A DNA stretch of 64,000 nucleotides from Ylistrum balloti (GCF_031769215.1 NW_026782031.1:1-64000), one strand, 5' to 3'. Counted from the stretch's first letter, positions 1-12,061 are shown. Translations and numbers: made by a program. Notes: generated by a model from the letters alone, not told the origin.

Positions 1-96
1 AATTTCATATTGGCATCTCAAGATTTCAGAGATGTTACATTTTTCGTTTACGAAAATTAAAAGAGGTTATAAACGGGAAATCGAATGTTTTTTTAT

Positions 97-180
97 CATT
101 ATTATTATTATTATTATCAATATCATTATTATTATTATTTTATCATTATTATTATTATTATTCTTCTTATTATTATTATC
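97..180. repeat. (ATT)n microsatellite, imperfect
   Basis: Run of att triplets with occasional atc/ctt interruptions; explains the poly-Ile and poly-Tyr ORFs at 32-327. Confidence 0.95.
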
Positions 181-2829
181 AGAAGGTCGGCAGTTCTCAT
201 TCCATGCTGTGATAAAAGTTCCAGCAGTAAGACTGGTACACCAAATACTGTTAAAATCCTACATCATAAAAGAACAAATTTGTTTAGCAGTAGATTTCAA
301 ATAGCGCATTGTATTAGTACAAGGTAATTTTTGGAAAGGAATAATAATAAAAATAAAAGCACATCAGAATTTGCGATCACCGTGACAAAAACCTCCCATT
401 CAAAGATGCCAGGTCCTGGTTTATGTTTTTATGTGTCAAGTAAATCTACGAAAATGTGATCTTATTGAAAATTTTGAATCGCTAAATGCGGAAAAGATCC
501 AAAGTGAAATTATCCAAATAAAACCTGTTTTAATAACTGAACTTCACACAAATCGAGATACTTTTGTAGCAAACCAGAGGTTCACAATAGTCCCTAAGAT
601 TAAGAATATTCTTAAGCTAAAGAAAATTCTTTTACTTAGGAATTCCTAAATATAGAAAAATCAATGAAATAACAGGCTTACATGTCGTAAACTGTAAAAT
701 CTCAGAAAGACTGAGAATATCTAACAATTTAACATTTATTTCATAAATTCTTCAAATTAAAGAAAACAAAAAATTGAAGTGGACTTTATCATTACAATGC
801 ATAAAAAATCAGTAATCTAAATAAGTATTCAATATGAAAATAGTCTTAAATTTCAAAAAATTTACTTACAAATAATAATATTAGTGACTTTTACTTCTAA
901 TGAACCAAAATTCAATTTCTGAAGTTCATAGACGCTTAAACAGCATACAATACTAACATATAAACAATTAAACATATATTTTACAAAGGGCAAAATGAAA
1001 TATACGAAAATTGTTTCCACAGAGACAATTGAAGAAGAGATCCGAGGGATCTTGGCGCTCATCATTTTCTTTGGATCTTATCCTTCTTTTATATTCTTTC
1101 TTAAGCTTTTAATCATGTGAAATTTGAAAATTCTTCCGAAGAAATGATGAAAATACACGGACATATAATCTTTGTAAAGATGGCCGTCTGTATGTCACTT
1201 TTTTCCGATCAGATCTAAAGTCAATAGTTCGCAAACAGGGAAGCTTACATGTCGAATTCGAGAAAGATTCATCCAGTACTTCTCAAGAACAGCGATAAAG
1301 AGAATTGCCTACAGACAGAGGATAGACATCGGACTACAGACATAGGTCAATTTGAATCTGATGATTATGGGCTAAACACTGTATCTACAATGAAAATGAC
1401 TTTAAAAGGAAAACATCTTCAGCTTAAATCCGATAGATATAGGGCAGTTTCACGTCTAGAATTAGTTATGTTTCTAAAAATGTCATTTATTTTAATTATG
1501 TTTTAAAAAGTTTGATTTAGGGATATGACAAGTTTTAGAACATCCTACTATTTTGTTGGTTGTCTAGTTTTGACTTCTTGGAACTAACAAGATAATCGAA
1601 GAAGTGGTGTTGCAGTTTGAATGCATACCTTAAAAGTTTTGTATTCAATAAATTTTCGTCTACACAAGATAAGAAATGCGTACTGTGGTCAATAATACAT
1701 CATGTGTGTGAGTGTGTGCATAGCTGCTGGCACGGGAGAAGGGAGATAACTCATATACCAAAAGGATATTGATAATAATCAAGGGGTCTGACACGCTCTT
1801 TTTACTTTTCTAGTTTTGTTTTGTTTTCAAATTTATTTCCGTTCATGATTAATATCACATAAAAAACAAACGTTTTCTTAATTATTTTTCAGGTCGATCT
1901 AACCATTGCGCGTATTAACTGCGTCAGCAATCTTTATATACAGATAGTTATCTAAATATATTTTGTATATTTCAAATCTGTCATGATATCAGAATTACGT
2001 TTTGTAAATTTAGAGCAAGAGAATGCTCCCTGAAAACTTGTGACAGGTTCGGAGTTCGCGAGGGAAATGTCCGGTATATAGCCCTTTAAGGGCGAATACT
2101 GTTTTAAATGAATATGATAGTTTGTTTTATGTGGTTCGAGTGAATGAAACAGTCTTGGAATAATCTAATCTTGTTTCAGTAATTTTTTTATTGTCAAGTG
2201 TAATATGACGTAGATATATGGTATGGTTGATCTTCTTCCTACCTCCTTTAGCGGAAAGTTGCTAACAGAAACTTCTTGAATTTAAAAACAAATATCTAGT
2301 ATGATTTAAAACACACTTCTGATAACATTGATTCTGTATTGCACGTCATAGGTCACCAACAACGAGATATTCTCCTTCAAGCTGACCAGTATGACGTAGT
2401 CAATAGATCGGTTCTGCAATATAACAACATATAACGCTAATGGTCAGCTGCATATGAAATCCATAACTAATGACCATAAATAACATAATTATAACATATA
2501 ACGTCGACCACTAATGGTGGCACTGATACGGTTCTGATGTAAATGATCAACACAGCAATAAGTGCTTTCTTTATAAGACCACCAGAGGTCAAGATGCATT
2601 GAAAAAAAGTCAGAAAACAATTAAGAATAAAAGTGGTCAAGATCCCTTCTGTCGGAAATGGTCAAGATCCTAAAAAAGTTCACTGAAAATCGACGGTGCC
2701 ATCAATGTGCCGTTATTACACAAATGAATGACGTCACTATCCTGTGGTCACCTCTCGTTCATGGACGATGCAGAGAACCTCAAATGCAGTTCAAAAGTTG
2801 CTACTGTACAATTATTTTGCACTCAGTAA

Positions 2830-3229
2830 CTAAAGTACCAATAGTTGGCACTGGATACAAAGTGGAAACAGCACCATGTGCTTCTCTTAAAACTGGTGAC
2901 CGAATTTCCTCCGCCAGTAGAGATAGTCCCGGGTAGGCTCTTTTGTCAACACCACGGATAAGTCGAGTCTGTAGTTGAACAATGCTATTGTCTTTGCTCT
3001 CTTTGACCATCGCCATCCTGTACATTACATATAGTGATTTTGATAATTTGATTACGTATATAATGCACTGGTACCTATAAGCTGTACTGCATTTGGATAT
3101 ACTAAAACTTGAAACGTGTTCGCTCTGCGAAATTAGCTATGTCTCTCTTCCGAGACCCGGAGAGCTACCACAAGGATCTCCTTTTGACTTGACATGGTAG
3201 ATTTCTGCAGTGAAGACACCATAAAGGAC
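2830..3229 (-). pseudogene. Decayed copy of the last coding exon of the novel gene family
   Basis: Acceptor (tttgtttag) at 3230-3231, then PLWCLHCRNLPCQVKRRSLW* and, after an insertion of roughly 120 bp, LFNYRLDLSVVLTKEPTRDYLYWRRKFGHQF*EKHMVLFPLCIQ. Clearly homologous to 4751-5043 but with premature TAG (3165-3167) and TAA (2887-2889). I found no recognisable exons 1-3 next to it. Confidence 0.85.
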
Positions 3230-4750
3230 CTAAACAAAGAATGTATATTTCATTCCATTTTTAAAGTTCAAGGGTTCCACTATTTATCTGATTAGCAACA
3301 ACGTCGAAAAATCAACCTTGATTTTGAAGAGTAGAAATACCTTATCAAAATTTAAAGCCGGTATTTGTTGATTAATACGCTTAGCTGCCATTTTTCACTT
3401 TTTTATCCAATCGTTATAAACCTACAAAGCAAACGTAAAAGTACTCCAAAGATAGCACATAATATCACTAAAATCTGGTACCTGTAACTGAGCGAGATCG
3501 GTGTTTCTCAGTCAACGGATGAGATGCTGTAACATAATCCCAATCGAGGCTTTACCCGTTGTTAGAATGTTACAAGATCTTTTTCCTCCGTTTCACAAAA
3601 CAGTCTTTAAAAAATTTCAGCAGAGACAAACTTTTTCAATATTATAATTTTTATTGCAATATTTAATGCAAAATAAAGAATGGTTACATAGACATCAATT
3701 TTTTAAACAGTAAGCAAATATTAATCAAACATGACAATGACGCCTAAAGTTTATTACTTATGTGACTAACTATTGCTTTAAATATTTTCAATATAAACAA
3801 TCTGTACAAACATTCATATGGCTGTTTTTGTTATTTTGCAAGGTTGGTGAAAACATAGTTTATACAAATAAATTGAGCCAAATTATACCAATTTACGATT
3901 ACGAGGATTAAACTTATTGCTATAACAGATACATTGATTTATTAATGATTTTTTTCTTAGGACCATGATCAGACAAATATATAAAGAATTGGAACAGAGT
4001 GATATATACAAGCGTAGTCATAATATATGGAACCATAGGCAGTGGTGGTCAGTGTTCGTACTGACCACTACGACAAACATAATTCTAGGTGAAAAGTGAA
4101 TTTCAAATTATCTTGGGACGGAAGTAAAAGACACGATAACGACAACATTTCTCACTAAGGTCACGTAATAGGGAAGAATTAAATCCGGGGCATTAGCCAT
4201 GATAAACCTGTACAGGATTTTTACACAAAGCTTAGCAACATTGACAAACTTAAAAATCAAAAGTTGTACATAGATATATTGTTCCGATGTATCTGGCCGC
4301 AATGCTATTACAAATAAAAACATACAAGGCACACTGAATGGAACATCACATAAACTGATGACGTCAATCCAACATCTCTCTTTTCCATCATTTGACTACC
4401 CTCATCATTCTTATTAGAGGACAGGATATGAATCTGAAATATAAACAAACCTTTGTTGAATTTATTTTTTCCGTGTAAGTTGTTGGCTTACTTTAAAACA
4501 AATCTGTCGACAACTATGACCTGTTTAAGCCAAATGCTTTTGTCAATTTAATCGAAAATCTAAAACTGTGCATAGAGAATGTTACTCTGCAGTGTCTACT
4601 CATCAGAAATAAGTTAACATTGAATGCATTTTATTCCTTTATCTGGTCCAGCCACTGACAGAAATGATCATACTAAGGAGAAGAATGTTTAACTCCTTAT
4701 GAATAACTGCCAAAAGGGAGAGAAGTATTTTAAAACTATACAGTGCCTAC

Positions 4751-5713
4751 CTAGCGAGGAACTGGGTACCAATAGTTGATCTGGCGCTGGATACAAAGAG
4801 GAAACAGAACCATGTGCTTCTCTTCAAACTGGTGACAAAATTTCCTCCGCCAGTAGAGGTCATCCCGGGGCAGCTCCTTGGTCAACACCACGGATAACTC
4901 GAGTCCATAGTTGAACAATTTCATTGCTTTTGCCCGCTCGGCAAAATTAGCTTTGTCCCTCTTTCGAGATCCGGAGGGCTTCCACAAAGATCTTCGTTTG
5001 ACCTGACAGGGTACAGTTCCGCAGTGAGGACAGCGTGAAGGACCTAGACAAGAACATGACGTGTACATCACGATAGAGGAAATAGGATGTAAAGTAAATA
5101 TAACAAAAAGAGGACGGAATCTCATCAGACAATATTACTTACGAGTCCTCCATTCATGGATCATCGACATCATGGTTGAGTATCCCTTTCTGACACGTCT
5201 CCCAACGGCTGGAGCGTTCCTTAACAGCAGGCTTACAAGGGCACAGAGCAGAGTACACAACACCTCATTGCCAATTCGCTGAAATGTATGAAACAGGCAT
5301 TAAATCTACTTTTCGAATATAAATAGTGATTGTTACAGACAATAGATAGACTGAAAACGTCAGAGATAAAGAAGATCGTACCCTTACCATTGCAACATCG
5401 ACAGACGTTGGACAAACTTTCTCGAATTCCGATGCGGTTAGATAGTGGTAAAATCTTTGGACATATCCTGGCTCGGGCTCCACGCTAAATGGAAAAAGAA
5501 ATTAAAAGATGAAATATTTCTTTAAAAAATGTATTAACGCACAATAGTATTGGTCTTTTACTTAGAATATCGTGCATTCCATCAATATATTCACGGTAGA
5601 TATATCATTAAAATTTTTTTCTAAACTTACCATACAAGGCCCTGATATATACCGGGACCTTGATGCATGACGCTCAGCATTACCACAAATAGCAGGAATA
5701 ACCTTATATCCAT
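4751..5713 (-). CDS. Novel 4-exon, 202-aa predicted membrane or secretory-pathway protein, copy A
   Basis: Exons 5713-5631, 5484-5388, 5278-5143, 5043-4751; all introns GT-AG and phases 2/0/1 join without frameshift. Translation: MDIRLFLLFVVMLSVMHQGPGIYQGLVC-VEPEPGYVQRFYHYLTASEFEKVCPTSVDVAM-RIGNEVLCTLLCALVSLLLRNAPAVGRRVRKGYSTMMSMIHEWRT-RPSRCPHCGTVPCQVKRRSLW...KHMVLFPLCIQRQINYWYPVPR*. Exon lengths (83/97/136/293) are identical in copy B. Confidence 0.85.
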
Positions 5714-5811
5714 TGTGGTAAGCCAAAGGTTTACAATAAAAAGTAAAATTCAGGGGAGAGACTCATCATCTCCGCCTTTACCGATTGCTAAGCAGCGTAG
5801 CAACTAGAGTA

Positions 5812-5844
5812 TGACGTCACAAATGGCTTCTAATCATGACGTCA
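5812..5844. promoter_or_regulatory. Pair of perfect CRE palindromes (TGACGTCA) upstream of copy A
   Basis: TGACGTCA at 5812-5819 and 5837-5844, about 100-130 bp upstream of the ATG; the pair recurs upstream of copy B. Function is inferred. Confidence 0.5.
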
Positions 5845-8399
5845 TGCAATTGTCTGTGCATATATGTTGGGTAAACTATTATCGATGACGCTATGAATGT
5901 TACTCTGTTGAACCAAGAAGTATAATTGGGATCCCCGAATCATCTTACATTCTATTCAGCAATATCTATGGTTCCTGTTAATCTTGGCCTAATATTTCTT
6001 AGTCATATTTAGACTGAATGGAACAGTTAATCAAATGTATAAATATTGACGTAATTATGTCACATGTAACAAAAGCTCATCAAAACAACAGAAGATAGAG
6101 AAAGAGAAGTAATCTTTTTCAACTTTGTAAACAAGAAGACCTGAAGTAAGTATCTATATATAACTGTATATCACTGGGGTCCTGTGACACATAATCAGTA
6201 ATCGGGATGAAACATTTTAAAGAAATAAACATATATAAAACTTCACGCTGGGAAACGAGTTTTGGTACATGACTTGTGTATTCATTTGTGTTAGACGAAT
6301 GAAACATTTTAAGAGAGAGAGAAAAAAGGAAATATGTGTATGTTAAATATCCCAGGTGAGCTTTTAACTCTAGAGTCGTAACCGATCACCTCGTCACAGT
6401 CCGCCAATACTTTCATTTTGCAATTACCTAGCCTTGTCATTGATGCGAGTCTCGTTCGTATGGGTTATATTACACATTTTTTCAACTCTGTGAACTGAAA
6501 ATACCTCTGACCAGCAAACATTTGTTGCCCAATCAATGTTCTACAATGACGCGAGTCTCTCATCGCCGCCATTTTGTAACCGCGAGCCAGGAAGCAGACG
6601 ACGCTTGAACTTGATTTCGGGACTAAAACCATACTTTCCTAAAATTGTGTTTTGGCACTAAAGATAAATGTATTTGATTGTAAAACAAATGAAGAAGTTT
6701 CGCAATATTGACTCTTTCAAACGTTGAATCGTCACAGACAACCTAACGAATATGGAAACGAAAGAAAGTAGCCGATACGAATGTTTAAATAGCGTATGTC
6801 CACGGTTGGTCAGATCGTCTAATTAAGTCACGATGTATTCAGATCAGTTGTAGTCAAGTCCCTACTGCCATGAGTAGAGATGAGTCGAACTTGATCAAAG
6901 TCAATATTACCAGAATATACCATAAATCGTTTTAAATATATATTGTCATTATTTCTGTGTCTCTGTCGCAGGATGTTCCTAGATGAGTAAATGGTGTAAG
7001 TACACAAATATACCGGTACCCTCAGTACAGTAAAAAGCCTTGTGGGACTGGTTCACACGGACATTGAAAACGGCGTGGTAGGATAGATGATGATATTAAT
7101 CACTTTACCATCACAAGCAATTTTAAAATGTCGTTATTTTGTACATACAAATACAGACTACAGTACAGCTAACAGGTTATAAGGATTTTCTTGGGTTTTT
7201 TTTATAAATGATTACCTGGGATAGACACGGTGACATTTTGAATACTGAGATTGCATATGAATACTTATTAACGATTAGCTTGTAATGAAAATAACAAATA
7301 TTATAAACGTTTGATACGGGACAGAAATGCTATTTGCTATTGTTGTGTTATCCCTAGTAGGTGCTAAATGAAATCTGGACCGATTAGACAATAAAAATGG
7401 TTGTCATGGCGGCCGCTTTGGGAAAAAAATCGTTTCTTTTTAAGGGTTAGTCGGATGGGGACTAAATTCGAACCCGTACGACATCAAAATGGACGCTATA
7501 GACACTATATTGAAAATCTTGCTATCATACTCCTCTTGGAGAGAAGGTCAAATGAGACTTTAGCTTAAAACCTCGAGGTAAAGTCTAACGAAATCAGATC
7601 AAAACCAATCTCATAATTTTAAGCAGTAACAGAACACCAGTTCTGTCACAAACTCCAGGTAAAGTCAATAAAATATAGATACGCCAGAAATACAAGGATG
7701 AGGACATACATGTGTGATGAAAACACAAGTTTGAATCTATTCATACAATACGCCACTGTACGAATAAGACGTGTCCTTGTAAAGGTCCCATGAAAGTTAT
7801 TTGATTCATAATCTGTTTGAAAAATACTTTTACATGGAAGTAAAATTTGACAATTCAAATTACATTTCGGTCCAAAAATCTGTTAAGACTTAGTTTCGAG
7901 TTTAGGCAATGCATTCTCAGAAAGAAGTCAAAAGGTCTTAGTTTATATGTTGTATTTTATGTTCTATATCGGCAATATTTGTTTTTCCGGTGAGAATTTG
8001 CCCGGAATGTCACGTACGAGTAAAAATGAATGTCTGCGAACTATTGGAATCGTAGAATATCACAGAACAAAGTGTCAAGACAGTTTGAGTTGTATATAAT
8101 ACGACAAATGCTTTGTGGAGACGTGGTAGGTACCGCCCACAAACAGGCGTCCGAGTGTGACGTCACGTCAGAAAGATACGTATTTACTGATGACGTATTT
8201 CAACAATCGGTTTCAATCCTCTTCATAGAATCATTATAGGACTTAGATATGTCAGTTCCAGAACCGTTCAAAACAGACTGCGATATGTCAACATCCGTTT
8301 AGAGTTCAGTTTTGCTTCAATGTCAAATAGTTGCTCTCTAAGTATGGTTTAGATGATACCCCCGATTCACTAAAAGGGACTGGTCTAAATAGCTATTCA

Positions 8400-8790
8400 C
8401 AGTTTCACCTTGATAGCAGTAACGGTGTTGCTTGGGTGTATTGTCGGTCGGGAGAACATAACAGTGATAAACTTGTAATATAGCGGTGTCAGTTCGACAG
8501 AGGAAGCACTACGATTTGGGAGTATTACAACGCATGGAAGCTCCGTGACGAAATTATACGTCATTACATCATTTTTTGTATAGCTGTAATATTTACAGTA
8601 TAAATAGTTTTGCAAAAGGACTACGCACGACCTCATACTGCACGTGTTGTTAGGGCAAATTAACAGCGGCAGAACATCGCCGTGCTGTGTCACCAGATTT
8701 GTCTCCAATCAAGCATGTTCGGAATGAAATGGAGCGGCATCTGCATCAGGAGCCAAACCCTCCTGCAACATTTGAATTGACCAAGACAAA
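8400..8790 (+). mobile_element. Degenerate Tc1/mariner transposase fragment
   Basis: Interrupted frames read FHLDSSNGVAWVYCRSGEH...FDRGSTTIW, QKDYARPHTARVV and SPDLSPIKHVRNEMERHLHQEPNPPAT, matching the Tc1 DDE motifs (QDNARPH, SPDLSPIEHVW). Stops and frameshifts are present. Confidence 0.85.
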
Positions 8791-9164
8791 ATTCAATGCA
8801 GATATTTCAGTTAAGACAGTTTGTTTATAATGTTTTGATCAAGTTCAAATGTTTAAAATTTTTTAACGTTTTTTAACAAAGAAAGAATGGCTGAAAAATA
8901 GCCGTTGTTAAATTCGTTATTTTTCCGCAAAGTAGCATTTGAGTGTCACGGTAAAAGTCCATTTGTTACATGGACTACAACATATAACAAAGACTCGCAT
9001 TCCTATGATTGCAGTATTCGGCTTTGGTATGGGACACGCCGTATTCCCAATATGTAACAACACACCAGTCTTGAAAACGGCCCCGGGGTCAAACAGACCG
9101 GAAATATTGTCTTTCCAAAGTAGGTCAAAAGAGAGTTCAGTGACCTACTTCTGAATGCGGTCAA

Positions 9165-10050
9165 TAGAGTACCGAACACTGACCAATGTAAATACGGTCT
9201 GTAGAGTACCGAACACTGACCAATGTAAATCCGTTCTATAGAGTACCGAACACTGACCAATGTAAATCCGGTCTTTAGAGTACCGAACACAGACCAATGT
9301 AAATACGGTCTATACCGAACACTGACCAATGTAAATCCGTTCTATAGAGTACCGAACACTGACCAGTGTAAATACGGTCTATACCGAACACTGACCAATG
9401 TAAATCCGTTCTATAGAGTACCGAACACTGACCAATGTAAATCCGGTCTTTAGAGAACCGAACACTGACCAATGTAAATCCGGTCTTGAGAGAACCGAAC
9501 ACTGACCAATGTAAATCCGTTCTATAGAGTACCGAACACTGACCAATGTAAATCCGGTCTTTAGAGAACCGAACACTGACCAATGTAAATCCGGTCTTGA
9601 GAGAACCGAACACTGACCAATGTAAATCCGGTCTTGAGAGAACCGAACACTGACCAATGTAAATCCGTTCTATAGAGTACCGAACACTGACCAATGTAAA
9701 TCCGGTCAATAGAGTACCGAACACTGACCAATGTAAATCCGGTCTTTAGAGAACCGAACACTGACCAATGTAAATCCGGTCTATAGAGTACCGAACACTG
9801 ACCAATGTAAATCCGGTCTTTAGAGAACCGAACACTGACCTATGTTAATACGGTCTATAATGAACACTGACCAATGTAAATCCGGTCTTTAGAGAACCGA
9901 ACACTGACCAATGTGAATCCGTTCTATAGAGTACCGAACACTGACCAATGTAAATCCGGTCTTTAGAGTACCGAACACTGACCTATGTTAATACGGTCTA
10001 TACCGAACATTGACTAATGTAAATCCGGTCTTTAGAGAACCGAACTGACC
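9165..10050. repeat. 37-bp minisatellite, about 24 copies, with shorter variants
   Basis: Unit gagaaccgaacactgaccaatgtaaatccggtcttta; the ORF-track translations repeat every 37 aa (3 units). Confidence 0.95.
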
Positions 10051-10944
10051 ACTTCAACAAATTTTAATTGAGGAAAGAAATGTAAACTATTTTCGGCGAT
10101 CAAGACCGGATAAAAAAGCCATCCCGTGCGGAGATCGACCATTCGATGTACAAACTAAGAACATAAAACATCACAAGCATAAAATTGATAGATACTCTTA
10201 CAGACATGACATCACAACGATCAAGATTATTCCGGTTGTATATTTTCAAAACAAAATTACAAATTAAAACAAGGCACGGCAAACGGAATATCACAAAAAC
10301 TGATTTTGTCAACCCAAGATCATCCTCTTCCATCATTCGACCACCCTCAACATCCTTCTCTGCTCTGAGACTTGAAATGAATCTGCAGCATAAAAAACTT
10401 TATTGAATTTATTTTAACAATGTATTTTGAACAGCATCATGAGTACTAGCTTACTTGTATCGATCCGTCAACATGTAAACGATGTCTACTTCATAATACA
10501 GTTATTTAGAATATTCTGTGTTGTATTTCTAAATTTATAACAACTGACTACATGTTATGTACGTGTTTGCTGCACGATCCTTCCTGTGTAGTAATATAAA
10601 CACGATCAGAATTGATTTTGATTATAGTGATATATGAAAGATATTCATTAATACCACATTAAATGTTCTTGTCCGCCTCAAACGTATTTAGATGTCATTA
10701 TTATGTTCCTTAAATGACGTCCGTACTGACGATTCAGAATCTTCAACAACCAATACATTGACACAATAATAAGGATATATGACGAGGAAAGGGGGAGGAG
10801 GAATACAGTGCCTACCTAGCATTTTATTCCTTTATCTGGTCCAGCCACTGACAGAAATGATCATACTCAGGAGAAGAATATTCAACTTCTAATGACAAAC
10901 TGCCAAAAGGGAGAGAGGTATTTTAAATACAATACAGTGCCTAC

Positions 10945-11963
10945 CTAGCGAGGAACTGGGTACCAATAGTTGATCTGGCGCTGGATACAAAGAGGAAACA
11001 GAACCATGTGCTTCTCTTCAAACTGGTGACAAAATTTCCTCCGCCAGTAGAGGTCATCCTGGGGCAGCTCCTTGGTCAACACCACGGATAACTCGAGTCC
11101 ATAGTTGAACAATTTCATTGCTTTTGCCCGCTCGGCAAAATTAGCTTTGTCCCTCTTTCGAGATCCGGAGGGCTTCCACAAAGATCTTCGTTTGACCTGA
11201 CAGGGTACGGTTCCGCAATGAGGACAGCGTGAACGACCTAGACAAGAACATGACGGGTACATCACGATAGAGGAAATAGGATGTAAAGTAAATATAACAA
11301 AAAGAGGACGGAAACTCATCAGACAATATTACTTACGAGTCCTCCATTCGTGGATCATCGACATCATGGTTGAGTATCCCTTTCTGACACGTCTCCCAAT
11401 GGCTGGAGCGTTCCTTAACAGCAGGCTTACAAGGGCACAGAGGAGAGTACACAACATCTCATTGCCAATTTGCTGATATGAAAGAAGAAATACATATTTT
11501 TTGACCGAGAAAACAGTTTTCAATGTGGAAAGCGGCCGATGATTTAAAACTTGATACAATTAGACCAAGTTAGAAATAAAGTATAATTTAGTACGGAGTC
11601 CCATATGATTTTTACCTTTTTGATATCGGCAGGTGTTGGACAAACTTTCTCTAATTCCGATGCGGTAAAATGGTAGTAAAATCTTTGGAGATATCCTGGC
11701 TCCGGTTCCACGCTTAATGGAAAGAAAATGAAAGTGAACGATGAAGTAATTCTTGATTTGTAAAAAAATATTCTTTTGTTAATACAAAACTCCAAAAGAT
11801 ATTGACATTTTCTGAGAATATCGCGCGTGCCGACAAAATAGTCGCAGTTGCAAAGTATAAAGAAAACTTGCTAAACTTACCATACAAGGCCCTGATATAC
11901 ACCGGGACCTTGTTGCATTACGCTCAGCATTACCACAAATAGCAGGAATAACCTTATATCCAT
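10945..11963 (-). CDS. Novel 4-exon, 202-aa predicted membrane or secretory-pathway protein, copy B
   Basis: Exons 11963-11881, 11712-11616, 11472-11337, 11237-10945; GT-AG introns, same exon lengths and phases as copy A, open throughout. Exon 2 reads VEPEPGYLQRFYYHFTASELEKVCPTPADIKK. Confidence 0.85.
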
Positions 11964-12061
11964 TGTGGTAAGCCAAAGGTTTACAATAAAAAGTAAAATT
12001 CAGGGGAGAGACTCATCATCTCCGCCTTTACCGATTGCTAAGCAGCTTAGCAACTAGAATA

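Noticed and set aside
32-327. Two overlapping ORFs with poly-Ile and poly-Tyr runs
   Set aside because: Products of the (ATT)n microsatellite.
4751-5125. 124-aa single-exon ORF as given by the track (also 10945-11319)
   Set aside because: Its first 27 or so codons lie in intron 3; the real frame enters through the acceptor at 5044-5045.
8397-8708. 103-aa minus-strand ORF
   Set aside because: Antisense to the Tc1 transposase fossil; no independent coding signal.
9165-10050. CRISPR-like appearance of the 37-bp array and its repetitive ORFs
   Set aside because: Head-to-tail units without unique spacers, no cas genes, eukaryotic context.
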